From positions 1 through 60,132 of the forward strand of contig CAWJIE010000008.1 in the NCBI GenBank assembly GCA_963842885.1: a DNA stretch of 60,132 nt, given 5' to 3'. The stretch is from an uncultured Nitrososphaerota archaeon (lineage in GTDB: Archaea; Thermoproteota; Nitrososphaeria; Conexivisphaerales; DTJL01). Shown in pieces: positions 8,978-17,616 of this stretch (position 1 is its first letter; the number at the start of each line of letters is the position of its first letter). The notes under the pieces were generated by a model. It was not told the origin of the DNA, searched no databases, and was given only the letters and a program-made list of their open reading frames with translations. The position numbers and the translations under genes were made by a program.

Positions 8978-10081
8978 ATGATGGACAACCGCGCCGAAAG
9001 GGGTCGGATGATTGCGGAGACATTCGGACAGGTCAAGAGGCTTGACGAGACGACATACAAGGTTCGCTCTCAGACTTCAAGCGCAATCTACGAAGTGACA
9101 GGAACAGAAGCAGGTTGGGAGTGCAATTGCCCTGACTACAGGTTCAGGGCGATAACGTGCAAGCATATCTACGCGGTCAAGTTCTCTTTCGAGTTCAGGA
9201 AGGAGGTTCAGAGCGAAAGGGTCGTCGAGCCTGTCTCCGTCGAATCTTGTCTCTTTTGCGGTTCTCAGAAGTTGAAGAAGTCGGGGGTAAGGCACAACGC
9301 CAACGGAGACATTCAGAGGTTCGCCTGCCTCGACTGCCACAGGACTTTCAGCCTCAACATAGGCTTCGAAAAGATGAAGCACAACCCGCAGGCGATTACC
9401 TCGGCCATGCAACTCTACTTCAGCGGTGCGTCACTGAGGAAGACGGCTGACTCATTGAGGCTCTTGGGTTCGGATGTCTCTTACAAGACCGTCGAGCGAT
9501 GGATAACGAAATATGTCTCCTTGATGGATGGCTACGTCCAGAAGCTGCAGCCCAAGGTCTCCGACGCTTGGAGGGCTGACGAGATATTCGTCAAGTTCAG
9601 CGGGAAGATGGAATATGTCTTCGCGCTGATGGACGATGAGACTCGCTACTGGATCGCCCAACAGGTAGCCTCGACGAAGGGAATCTCCGATGTCAAGCCC
9701 ATGTTCTACGAAGGCGCGGTTATAGCTGGCAAGAACCCGAAGACGCTCATAACTGATGGAGCGCCTAACTATATAGACGGTGCGAGAGCATTTTGCAAGA
9801 ACGGACACCCGATAAACCACATAAGGGAGATTCGCCTTACCGGTCAGATACACAACAACAAGATGGAGAGAATGAACGGGGAGATAAGAGACAGGGAGAA
9901 GGTAATGCGAGGTTTGAAGGTCGAAGATACTCAAATCCTCGCAGGAGTCCAGCTATTTCACAACTACATCAAGCCACACGAAGCTCTGAATGGGAGAACC
10001 CCTGCCGAGGCTGCGGGGATTGTCGTGAAGGGAGAGAACAAGTGGCTGACGCTGATTCAGAATGCAAGTCTGTCTCAGTAA
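8978..10081 (+). CDS. IS6-family DDE transposase with N-terminal SWIM and zinc-ribbon domains
   Basis: SWIM CNCPD..CKH, CLFC..CLDC, HTH, WRADE / ITDG / NNKMERMNG catalytic motifs. Confidence 0.92.
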   Translation: MMDNRAERGRMIAETFGQVKRLDETTYKVRSQTSSAIYEVTGTEAGWECNCPDYRFRAITCKHIYAVKFSFEFRKEVQSERVVEPVSVESCLFCGSQKLKKSGVRHNANGDIQRFACLDCHRTFSLNIGFEKMKHNPQAITSAMQLYFSGASLRKTADSLRLLGSDVSYKTVERWITKYVSLMDGYVQKLQPKVSDAWRADEIFVKFSGKMEYVFALMDDETRYWIAQQVASTKGISDVKPMFYEGAVIAGKNPKTLITDGAPNYIDGARAFCKNGHPINHIREIRLTGQIHNNKMERMNGEIRDREKVMRGLKVEDTQILAGVQLFHNYIKPHEALNGRTPAEAAGIVVKGENKWLTLIQNASLSQ

Positions 10082-10192
10082 GAACCTCGATTGGTTCTGC
10101 CGAGTCCATTCCTGCGTGAAGCAGCGAGGCCATGACGGTTGGCATGAGTGTTTCTGTGGGTTCTCTTGGCGATTTGCGATTTGGTTGTGGCA

Positions 10193-10684
10193 TCAGCGAG
10201 GAGGCGCGTTCTTCCTAAGGTCAGGCGGAACGGACGCACCGAGCGCAATACTGGATTGCACAGAGTATATGGGGTCGCCGTCAGGGCCGTAGACACTCGT
10301 CTGCCTGACTGATGATATGACAAGCTTCAACTTCAGGAATGTTCCGTCGTTCAGCTTGTATTCGTTCCAAACCTCATTAGCCGTAGCTATGTCCAGTTCT
10401 TTAGTCGCCAAAGCCGCAATCTTGTCGTCAGAAGGTAGAGGCTCGGTGGGTTTTCCTCTCAGTTCGGGCGGGGCATAAGAAGCAATCGCATTATGCGTAG
10501 CGGTAGCATAAATGGGCTCTCCACTTGGAGCAAATTCATCAGTTCTGATTGCCTTTAACAGCACAACTCGGGCTCTCAATTCCACGTCTTTTTGGTCCTT
10601 AAAAGTGTAGGTATTCCATCCTTCTCGGATTATCTCAAAGTTCAAGCGCACTCCTTGAACAAGCCTCTCAGTCCTGTCAGACAT
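10193..10684 (-). CDS. Hypothetical protein made of two tandem copies of a small domain
   Basis: EGWNTY..RTDEFAPSGEPIY and EVWNEY..QTSVYGPDGDPIY. Confidence 0.75.
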   Translation of the reverse strand: MSDRTERLVQGVRLNFEIIREGWNTYTFKDQKDVELRARVVLLKAIRTDEFAPSGEPIYATATHNAIASYAPPELRGKPTEPLPSDDKIAALATKELDIATANEVWNEYKLNDGTFLKLKLVISSVRQTSVYGPDGDPIYSVQSSIALGASVPPDLRKNAPPR

Positions 10685-11045
10685 TTGGTATCAACCTCTT
10701 GATGTCTTCGGCAAGCCCAATATCGAATCCTACGGCCCTATGGTCAATCGAAAGGTATAGCTTGTAATCCGCTCCTACTCTCTCTTCACATAACTTAGCG
10801 AGCTTATCGGAAAGAAAGGTGAGCCCAATAATGTCTAATGCTTTTTGTATTTGGAAGTGTATCCCCTTCCCAGGCGTCTCCGCCCAGAGGAGTTCGTTCG
10901 GATGGTTCCGTTTCATTCGATCTCGAATGGGAAGGAAGACTGCATAATAGGCTCTACTAATAGCGGTTCTACCTTCCGCCTCGTTGTACGGAGCATTTGA
11001 AGCCAAGTTCTTGGCTACTACCAAGAAATCATCCGCATTCATCAT
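10677..11045 (-). CDS. HEPN domain protein
   Basis: RTAISRAYYAVF, IH, and ERVGADY (R-x4-Y) HEPN signatures. Confidence 0.85.
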   Translation of the reverse strand: MMNADDFLVVAKNLASNAPYNEAEGRTAISRAYYAVFLPIRDRMKRNHPNELLWAETPGKGIHFQIQKALDIIGLTFLSDKLAKLCEERVGADYKLYLSIDHRAVGFDIGLAEDIKRLIPNV

Positions 11046-11046
11046 T

Positions 11047-11643
11047 TCAACCTGGCCCTACCAAAAGGCGTATTCCGTTTCGCCGAGGACCATTCTGATT
11101 CATTGTCTCTTCGAGCTGATCCCACAGCTTCATGATTTGCTCGTCAGACTTGTCTCTAATCCTAATGTCAATAGCTAACTGCTTCAGTTCTGGGTCGTCG
11201 ATATCTGAGAGCAATTCTATTTGGGAAAGGTAGTTGACCTCAAGTTGCTCAAGCCTGCTTGCAATGTTCCGATACGCCTCCAACACGACCAATTTGTTCC
11301 TATGTTCGGCAAGGTAGTTCCAAACATTAGGGCTCCCAGCGACGTTGTCTAATCGGGGCGCCGTCATCCATTCTGACAGTACGAGTGCTTGAACAGATGT
11401 ATTCGTAAAAGCACCAAAGGAGTAGCATGCAATACTGTTTTGCGCGAAGAAATACACCGACGTCGTAACGCTAACGATGACGTACTGCCCCTGAGTTCGG
11501 GAATCCAGAGTATTGGTAACCCAACTGAATGCGAGAGACTGAGCGGAGGAGAAGAAGAAAGATGTTTCGATACCATTCTCAAGATGAGGCTTCACACTTG
11601 GTTCAGTCTGCCAACTGACGGGGACCAAATCATGACCCATCAT
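11047..11643 (-). CDS. Hypothetical protein, possible antitoxin partner of the HEPN gene
   Basis: Ends 1 nt before the HEPN start; acidic alpha/beta C-terminal part DIDDPELKQLAIDI..LWDQL; start uncertain. Confidence 0.5.
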   Translation of the reverse strand: MMGHDLVPVSWQTEPSVKPHLENGIETSFFFSSAQSLAFSWVTNTLDSRTQGQYVIVSVTTSVYFFAQNSIACYSFGAFTNTSVQALVLSEWMTAPRLDNVAGSPNVWNYLAEHRNKLVVLEAYRNIASRLEQLEVNYLSQIELLSDIDDPELKQLAIDIRIRDKSDEQIMKLWDQLEETMNQNGPRRNGIRLLVGPG

Positions 11644-11818
11644 GCCAAGTTTCTCCCTAACATAGACTTAGGATGGGTTATCAAAGCCACTAAACCTCTC
11701 GGGTTTCGCTGCTATATATGTATTGTATCAGCAGGTGCTGGTGCGTTGTCGGTTGTTTGGCTCAAGTCCATCCCTCTGTTGCATTTCGGTTGATGGCTGG
11801 ATTCTTTCAAATCTGAGG

Positions 11819-12307
11819 TCACGCTCTTCCCTTGTCAATTCTCGGCCGCTGAGCAGACTGGGGTTCCTTCAACAACTCTGGGTGTTTTCTTCCCAAGACC
11901 ATAGAGCATACCTTGATTGCCTCATCTGCGGCTTTCATCCCATCTTCCCGTTTCTTTTCGTCAGCAAACAAGGTGGTGAATTCCTCACCAGAAAAGTGAA
12001 ATAACTTGTTTCTCTTCAGTTGAAGAGGGCGAATCGTTCTATACTCGACGTTGGTTATTACTTTGAGATGTTTGAGCGTGACAATCTTCCAATCGAAACG
12101 CACTTGAGACAACAAATCGAAGAACAAGTCTGAAATTGGGTCGGCGGCAGGAAGACGAAAGATATCCCAGACGAACAGGTCAACCAAACCTTCAACATAG
12201 CCCCAGCTGGCCAGCATGTATTCTCCAAACAGCCCTTTGCGCCTCAGTTCGAATAAGTCGAGAGCCACTCGAGACTTGGACTCACTCAATTCTCTCCACA
12301 CTCGCAT
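11819..12307 (-). CDS. HEPN-like protein (RxxxxH motif)
   Basis: Helical protein with YVE near the N-terminus and KRNKLFH. Confidence 0.6.
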   Translation of the reverse strand: MRVWRELSESKSRVALDLFELRRKGLFGEYMLASWGYVEGLVDLFVWDIFRLPAADPISDLFFDLLSQVRFDWKIVTLKHLKVITNVEYRTIRPLQLKRNKLFHFSGEEFTTLFADEKKREDGMKAADEAIKVCSMVLGRKHPELLKEPQSAQRPRIDKGRA

Positions 12308-12725
12308 TCTGTATCAATGTCAGCCACTCATTCTCTGCCTCGGCCTTAATCCCTGCTGCCTCGGCTGGGGTCTTCCCGTCCAACGCCATGTGAGGGCGAA
12401 TGAAGTTGTGGAAGACCTGCATCCCTGTCAGGATTGCGGTATCTTCGTTCTTCAAACCTCTCATGACCTTCTCCCTGTCTCTAATCTCCCCATTCATCCG
12501 TTCCATCTTGTTGTTGTGAACCTTTCCCGTCAGCCTGATTTCCCGAATGTGGGTAACTCTCTGATGCGGAGTTGAGAAAGCCCTTGCTCCGTCGATGTAG
12601 TTGGGCGCACCGTCCGTAATCAAGACCCTCGGATTCTTCCCCGCTATCTCTGCACCCTCGAAGAACATGGGCTTGACATCATCAATCCCCTTCTGAGTGG
12701 CTACCTGCTGGGCGGTCCAGAAGCG
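12282..12725 (-). pseudogene. C-terminal fragment of an IS6-family transposase
   Basis: Close match to the C-terminal ~145 aa of the 8978 transposase (ITDGAPNYIDGARAF, HIREIRLTG, NNKMERMNGEIRDREKVMRGLK); N-terminus missing. Confidence 0.9.
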
Positions 12726-12755
12726 CTTCTGGAGGATCATCGCCTGGACTTGGAC

Positions 12756-13207
12756 TACACCCTCCCTACTGCCTTTTACACCCTTTTTCGGCGGATTTGT
12801 CGCCCTCCAGACGACGGACAGGTGATTTCCTTAGCTCGTCACTAGACTGTTTTGAGCTCTCCAATAGGCTGTCCAGAGCCTACATGATGGGGTTCTTAGG
12901 GTGTAAAAGGGTGTAATGACGCCGTAAGGCCAGAGTGTAGAAACGCCGTAAGGCATTAGAGCTCCAAAGGCTTTGTATCACCGCTTCAAGTGGCTATGCA
13001 CGGTGGCTATTGTCCAACATAACACCACCGTTAGAGGACGACAAGGAAAGCGACACCCCCGCAGAAGGGATTAATCCGTCCGAAAACGCCGTAAGGCAAG
13101 GCATTACGGCCTCCCAAAACGCCGTAAGGCAAGAGTCAGAACGCCGTAATGCCGATGCACCCCAAGGCTCTACGCCATCTACACCCAAGACTACACCCTC
13201 TACACCC
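12756..13207. repeat. Cluster of two short repeat families (iteron/centromere-like)
   Basis: ACGCCGTAAGGC at 12919, 12943, 13086, 13119, variant at 13141, inverted partial at 13101; TACACCC at 12756, 12777, 13180, 13192, 13201, inverted at 12899, 12909. Confidence 0.85.
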
Positions 13208-13528
13208 CAAGCCACACCCGAGCTGAAAATCCCCCTTCCCCAAGTAAACGGACCGGTTGAGCGCATCGGACCTGAAGAGGGGGAAGACATCTTGAACTTC
13301 TACGAGAAGGGAGGCCTGCCGTATGAACTTGATGCGGTCTATGGAAGCGGAAAGGAAAAGAGACTTCAGAGGCTAAAGAAGGAATACGAAGCTGGAGACT
13401 GGCCAAGTCGAGGGAGTATGGAAGAAGAAGGAGATAGTCGTCAAGAGAAACGCATCGAAAATGGGCGACCCGACCTAGGTGGCGGCCAAGGCCTCGAGGC
13501 AGTTTCGAATTGTTTGGGTTCTGTGTGA
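13010..13528 (+). CDS. Hypothetical protein with low-complexity N-terminus (possibly degraded)
   Basis: 172-aa ORF whose first half is built from the DNA repeats. Confidence 0.4.
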   Translation: MSNITPPLEDDKESDTPAEGINPSENAVRQGITASQNAVRQESERRNADAPQGSTPSTPKTTPSTPQATPELKIPLPQVNGPVERIGPEEGEDILNFYEKGGLPYELDAVYGSGKEKRLQRLKKEYEAGDWPSRGSMEEEGDSRQEKRIENGRPDLGGGQGLEAVSNCLGSV

Positions 13529-13656
13529 GTCAGCCACTCTCACTCCTCTTTCACTTCGGATTCTCGCCCTTCGGAAGGGCTCCTTCAAAGGTGCAAAGGA
13601 ACCATCGTCTTCATGTGGAATGAAGCCTTAAGTATCGGGGAACAGGACAACCGCTC

Positions 13657-13965
13657 GTGGCCGAGATAAAGACGCTCTTTCGACACTGCCCCGCCTGCGG
13701 AAGGCGTTTTGAGATCAGGCTCGTCAGCAAGAAGCCTGAGGAGACCAGAGAGGAAACGTATGTGGAGAAGCAGGCACGGCCAATTTCTGGAATAGGTAGC
13801 GGAGGGATATACGGAGGTAACGTGGGGATGTACGGCGGAATCCCATTAGTGGTCCAGGAAGAGTATCCGGTCACGATCGACGTCACGGAGTTCTCGTACA
13901 CGTATCGATGCAAGCACTGCGGCCATCAGTGGGCTGAAATGGTCACGGAAGAAGCGAAGAAGTAG
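13657..13965 (+). CDS. Small zinc-ribbon protein
   Basis: CPACG and CKHCG pairs; CTTAAG TATA-like box upstream. Confidence 0.75.
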   Translation: MAEIKTLFRHCPACGRRFEIRLVSKKPEETREETYVEKQARPISGIGSGGIYGGNVGMYGGIPLVVQEEYPVTIDVTEFSYTYRCKHCGHQWAEMVTEEAKK

Positions 13966-14165
13966 ATACAGGAGAGCGTACCGGGCAGACGTCAGGGCCT
14001 CCATCCGTTTCGCCCTTGCGCCTCAGCCCTGGCTTCGATTCCCTTCTCTCCTTCTTCGGTCGCATGTGCATCAACCTCGAAAGGGCCCCACCGCAGCCTA
14101 GGAGTTGAGTCGATGCCTTGTCTTGGGGGGAACCTACTGTATCGACACCTTCAGTTGGAGGAAAC

Positions 14166-14681
14166 TCAAGCGGACGGCGAGGGAGGAGCCGACGCGGAAT
14201 CCGCGGGCTTGGCCCCTGGACGCCCGGATTCGATGTAGTCCACCGCCAGCAGTGAGATGAGCAGCGCCGCGAGGATGTAGTTGAACGGTTGAGTAACGAA
14301 GGTGCCCAGATAGAGCACCACCATCTCCACCCTTCCGACCAGGAGGCTGCTTGTCACGGCGGCCGGGTCTGGATAGCCGTTGTTGTCACCCTTTACGGTG
14401 AGGACTATGTTGGACCCGGTTCCCTCGATCTTCACCACCCTGTGAATGACGTCGATGGGGCCATCCCTGTAGACGACGATGTCTCCGACATGGACGGTGG
14501 AGATGTTCACAGGCTGCACGACGGCCAGGTCGCCATCGACGATAGTCGGCTGCATGCTGATACCCTGAACCGGGAAGACGACGGAGAAGTAGTTGCCGAA
14601 GTTGGCCAGGAGCACGATCACAGCGAAGACGACCACCGCGTCGAAGAGGTACGAATAGGTCCTGCTCCGTCTGGTCGGCAT
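14166..14681 (-). CDS. Signal peptidase I (S26B, Sec11-like)
   Basis: SMQPT, GDIV, VIHRV, KGDNN motifs with flanking TM helices. Confidence 0.93.
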   Translation of the reverse strand: MPTRRSRTYSYLFDAVVVFAVIVLLANFGNYFSVVFPVQGISMQPTIVDGDLAVVQPVNISTVHVGDIVVYRDGPIDVIHRVVKIEGTGSNIVLTVKGDNNGYPDPAAVTSSLLVGRVEMVVLYLGTFVTQPFNYILAALLISLLAVDYIESGRPGAKPADSASAPPSPSA

Positions 14682-14790
14682 GGGCTCCAGCTACATTGTT
14701 GGCCTAGATAAGATATTCTCTCCGTTCAGCTCAGACGCCTAGGCGAGACTTCAAAGAAAGGATAAAGAACGCCGGGCCTGATGGGTTTCG

Positions 14791-15792
14791 GTGCGTTCTG
14801 AGGGCATGTCATCGGCGGTCGTCTCCGGCCTTGCAGTGAAGTGCCCCAACTGCGGCGCCTCCCTGGATTTGTCTCCCGACACGATCGTCTACGTCTGCAG
14901 GTACTGCGGGTGGAGCGGCTTCGTCACCAATGAGCAGATCGCCATCGGCGGTGTGCTGCCGCAGGACGTCAGCCTGGTCAAGGCCTCTGTGGAGTCCTTC
15001 CTGAAGAAGAGGACCGGCGGCGACTTCACCATCTCTGAGCAGAAGCTGATTATGGCCCCCTTCTGGCTCGTTAGGACCCACAACCACACGAGGTACAACG
15101 GGTACCGTAGCGAGACCAGGAGCAGAACCGTCGGCTCAGGCAAGGACCAGCACACGGAGGCCTATGCCGTCTACAGGCCGGTGAAGGGCGTCATCGACGA
15201 CGACCTCCTCCTACCCCTGTTCGCCAGACGCCATGAGAGGATGTTCGCCCTGGAGAAGGCCGAAGCGGCCGTGCAGGGATCCTCTCCAGTACAGCTCACC
15301 CAGGACCAGCTGAAGTCCCTGGCCAAGACTTGCGAGTTCCTCTCCTCCAGCATTGGACTGGACGAGGCGAAAGACTGGGCCGAGACCAAGGTCTCGGACA
15401 TTCACAGGGCCCAAGTGCAGGCGATGTGCACCAAAGTCTTCGAATGCTATACCGACGTCTCCGTCCTTTCCAGCCAGCTCGTCTTCTACCCTCTCTACTC
15501 CGTCCGGTTCCAGGACAAAGGGAGGACGTTCAGGATGCTGTTTGATGCCGCGAGGGGCAGCGTGCTTGAGGCCGAGGTGCCCCTTACCGAAGCCCAGAGG
15601 GCAGGCTTCCTCATCGCGGGTTACGGTGCCTCCGCGGCCCTCGCCGGCGCTTCATACGCCGTGGCCTTGCAGTCAGCCCAGGACGCAACGGTCCTGTCGC
15701 TGCTGCTGGGCGCCGTCGCCATAGGGCTGGCCGCCTACACTACTCTCATGGCGACTCGGTCGCAACGCGAGGTCGGAGGGAAGCAGCCATGA
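14791..15792 (+). CDS. Zinc-ribbon membrane protein (YdjG-like)
   Basis: CPNCG..CRYCG N-terminus, PFW motif, two C-terminal TM helices. Confidence 0.75.
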   Translation: MRSEGMSSAVVSGLAVKCPNCGASLDLSPDTIVYVCRYCGWSGFVTNEQIAIGGVLPQDVSLVKASVESFLKKRTGGDFTISEQKLIMAPFWLVRTHNHTRYNGYRSETRSRTVGSGKDQHTEAYAVYRPVKGVIDDDLLLPLFARRHERMFALEKAEAAVQGSSPVQLTQDQLKSLAKTCEFLSSSIGLDEAKDWAETKVSDIHRAQVQAMCTKVFECYTDVSVLSSQLVFYPLYSVRFQDKGRTFRMLFDAARGSVLEAEVPLTEAQRAGFLIAGYGASAALAGASYAVALQSAQDATVLSLLLGAVAIGLAAYTTLMATRSQREVGGKQP

Positions 15793-16748
15793 CGACCTCC
15801 TATGCCTGTCCCGTCTGCGGCAAGCAGACCGACGTCGCAGAAGGGGAGAAGGCCGTCCACTGCCCGTACTGCAACACCGACTTCCTCACCATGGAGGGGG
15901 AGGAGAGGTACGTGATGCCAGCCTACTACAACAGCAGCAGCTGCTTCGAGACCTTCATGCTGTGGGCCAAGAAGCAGGGAGGGTACGACGAAAGCACCCC
16001 CCTTCAGCTCCACATGGACTCCGCCATCCTCGACTTCTACCCCTTCTGGGTCATCTCTCTGGAGGGGACGACGACCTTCACGGGCCTCGGGCAGGACGCG
16101 GAGTACTCTTGGCCGGACGGCGGCGCCTACCGCCAGATGCGGACCTTCCTCAGACCCGAGCAGGGGACGTTCGACAGGCGCTTCGAGCTGCTCTTCCCCG
16201 CGGCCAAGGACTTCCCTCAGGAACTGAAGAGCTACGAGATCCCCGGCCGGGCCAGGAACTACTTCAGCGCGGGCCTGGTCACTGAGGCCGGCGGGATTCT
16301 GCACGGCGGTGTGCTGGAAAAGCAGGCGGCCGAGCAGATGGCGAACGACGCCGCCAAGCAGCAGTTCTCATTCCTGATTGACCGGGAGGTGGAGAGGGTG
16401 GACGCGAGGAAGGACGCCCTCAACCTGATCGAGTCCTACTACATCTACGTCCCGATATGGACCTTCGGATACAGCTTCAAGGGAAAGGGGTACAAGGCCT
16501 TCGTCGACGCCTCTACGGAGCGCGTCATATTCGCGACATACCCTCCGGACATCAGGGAGAGGGCCAGCTTCATGGGCATCGCCCTGCTTCACATCCTGGT
16601 CGGTGGGATCGTCGCCTCGCTCCTTTACCTGCAGGGGGCGCCGCTGTCCTACTTGGTCCCGTTCCCCCTCGGCCTTGCGGGGGCGGGGCTGGCATACGCT
16701 TATAGGAGCCTCCAACCCACTCGGGGTGGAGAAAGGCTGGAGGAGTAG
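15789..16748 (+). CDS. Zinc-ribbon membrane protein (YdjG-like), paralog of the preceding gene
   Basis: CPVCG..CPYC, YPFW, YVPIW..Y..KGY...VDA, two TM helices; ATGA overlap. Confidence 0.75.
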   Translation: MTTSYACPVCGKQTDVAEGEKAVHCPYCNTDFLTMEGEERYVMPAYYNSSSCFETFMLWAKKQGGYDESTPLQLHMDSAILDFYPFWVISLEGTTTFTGLGQDAEYSWPDGGAYRQMRTFLRPEQGTFDRRFELLFPAAKDFPQELKSYEIPGRARNYFSAGLVTEAGGILHGGVLEKQAAEQMANDAAKQQFSFLIDREVERVDARKDALNLIESYYIYVPIWTFGYSFKGKGYKAFVDASTERVIFATYPPDIRERASFMGIALLHILVGGIVASLLYLQGAPLSYLVPFPLGLAGAGLAYAYRSLQPTRGGERLEE

Positions 16749-16754
16749 ATAGCT

Positions 16755-17087
16755 TTGGAATTCAGAGTGTTGTTGGGGGCCATCACGCTTTTCCTTGCTG
16801 GCTTCCTGCTGTTCGCGCTGGCGCTGGGCTATGTGGACATCGCAGAGGTGGTCGGGATTGTCCTGTTGGTGGACGGCGCCATCTACGCGGGGCATGGGCT
16901 AATGCTGAACGCCGACGTCTCGTCGAAGAGGTTTAGGTTGGTCTGGGGCTCCGTTCTGGCGCTGGTGGGCGTGACCGTCCTAGCTTACCCGACATACGGG
17001 AAATCCCTGATAATCTACGTCGTTGGCGCAGCAATGGTTTTAATCGGGCTCTTTGTCCTCTATGGCGAAGCCTATGGAGGCAAGTAG
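16755..17087 (+). CDS. Small four-TM membrane protein
   Basis: Four hydrophobic segments; tight operon spacing. Confidence 0.7.
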   Translation: MEFRVLLGAITLFLAGFLLFALALGYVDIAEVVGIVLLVDGAIYAGHGLMLNADVSSKRFRLVWGSVLALVGVTVLAYPTYGKSLIIYVVGAAMVLIGLFVLYGEAYGGK

Positions 17088-17089
17088 AG

Positions 17090-17603
17090 ATGAGTGACGA
17101 GGTTCAGCAGGTTAAGGACCAGATGGGTCTCTTCCAGAAAGTGGCCTCCTACATACCCGGCTATCGGGGGTACAAGGAGAAGGAGGTCCGGAGGGAGACC
17201 GACAGGCTGGTCAGGGCCACCGCGTCAGGTTTCATGGCGAAGGCCCTGGACGAGTATCGCCGTCCCCTCGCATTTCTGGTCTTGCCGGCCCCCGACAGGG
17301 ACTCCGCGGATTCGATAATGGCCCGCCTTGACACCGTCCGTGAGAGGACGGCCAGGGCCGTAGCAGGGTACGCGGGAATCTTCGATGCGGTGAAGGTGCT
17401 CGAAGCCGAGGCTCGACAAGATGGTCGAGCTGGACGGCAACCTGGTTCAGGCGGCGCAGGACCTTCTGACCGCCTGCAAGGCAGTGGACGTCCCATCCCC
17501 CACCGTCGAAGGGTTCAGGGCTGGCTCCGCCGCGGTCTTGGGAGGCATCCAGAAGATCGAAGGGATACTGGAGGACAGAGAGGCCCTCCTCAAGAACCCG
17601 TAG
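17090..17603 (+). CDS. Helical hypothetical protein (frameshift near 17410)
   Basis: IPGYRGYKEKEVRRETD N-part joins the 17421..17603 frame (LDKMVELDGNLV) after a 1-nt shift. Confidence 0.65.
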
Positions 17604-17616
17604 AGGTGTTTGAAGT

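Larger units (their letters stand above)
7962..10086 (+). mobile_element. IS6-family cargo-carrying element (three left-arm genes plus transposase)
   Basis: Left end GGTTCTGTG resembles IS6 (IS257/IS240-type) TIRs; AGAACC at 10081..10086 directly after the transposase stop; no clear target duplication. Confidence 0.65.
10093..12725 (-). mobile_element. Second, truncated IS6-family element with four passenger genes
   Basis: GGTTCTGCC end at 10093; C-terminal transposase fragment at 12282..12725 with passengers downstream on the same strand. Confidence 0.55.
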
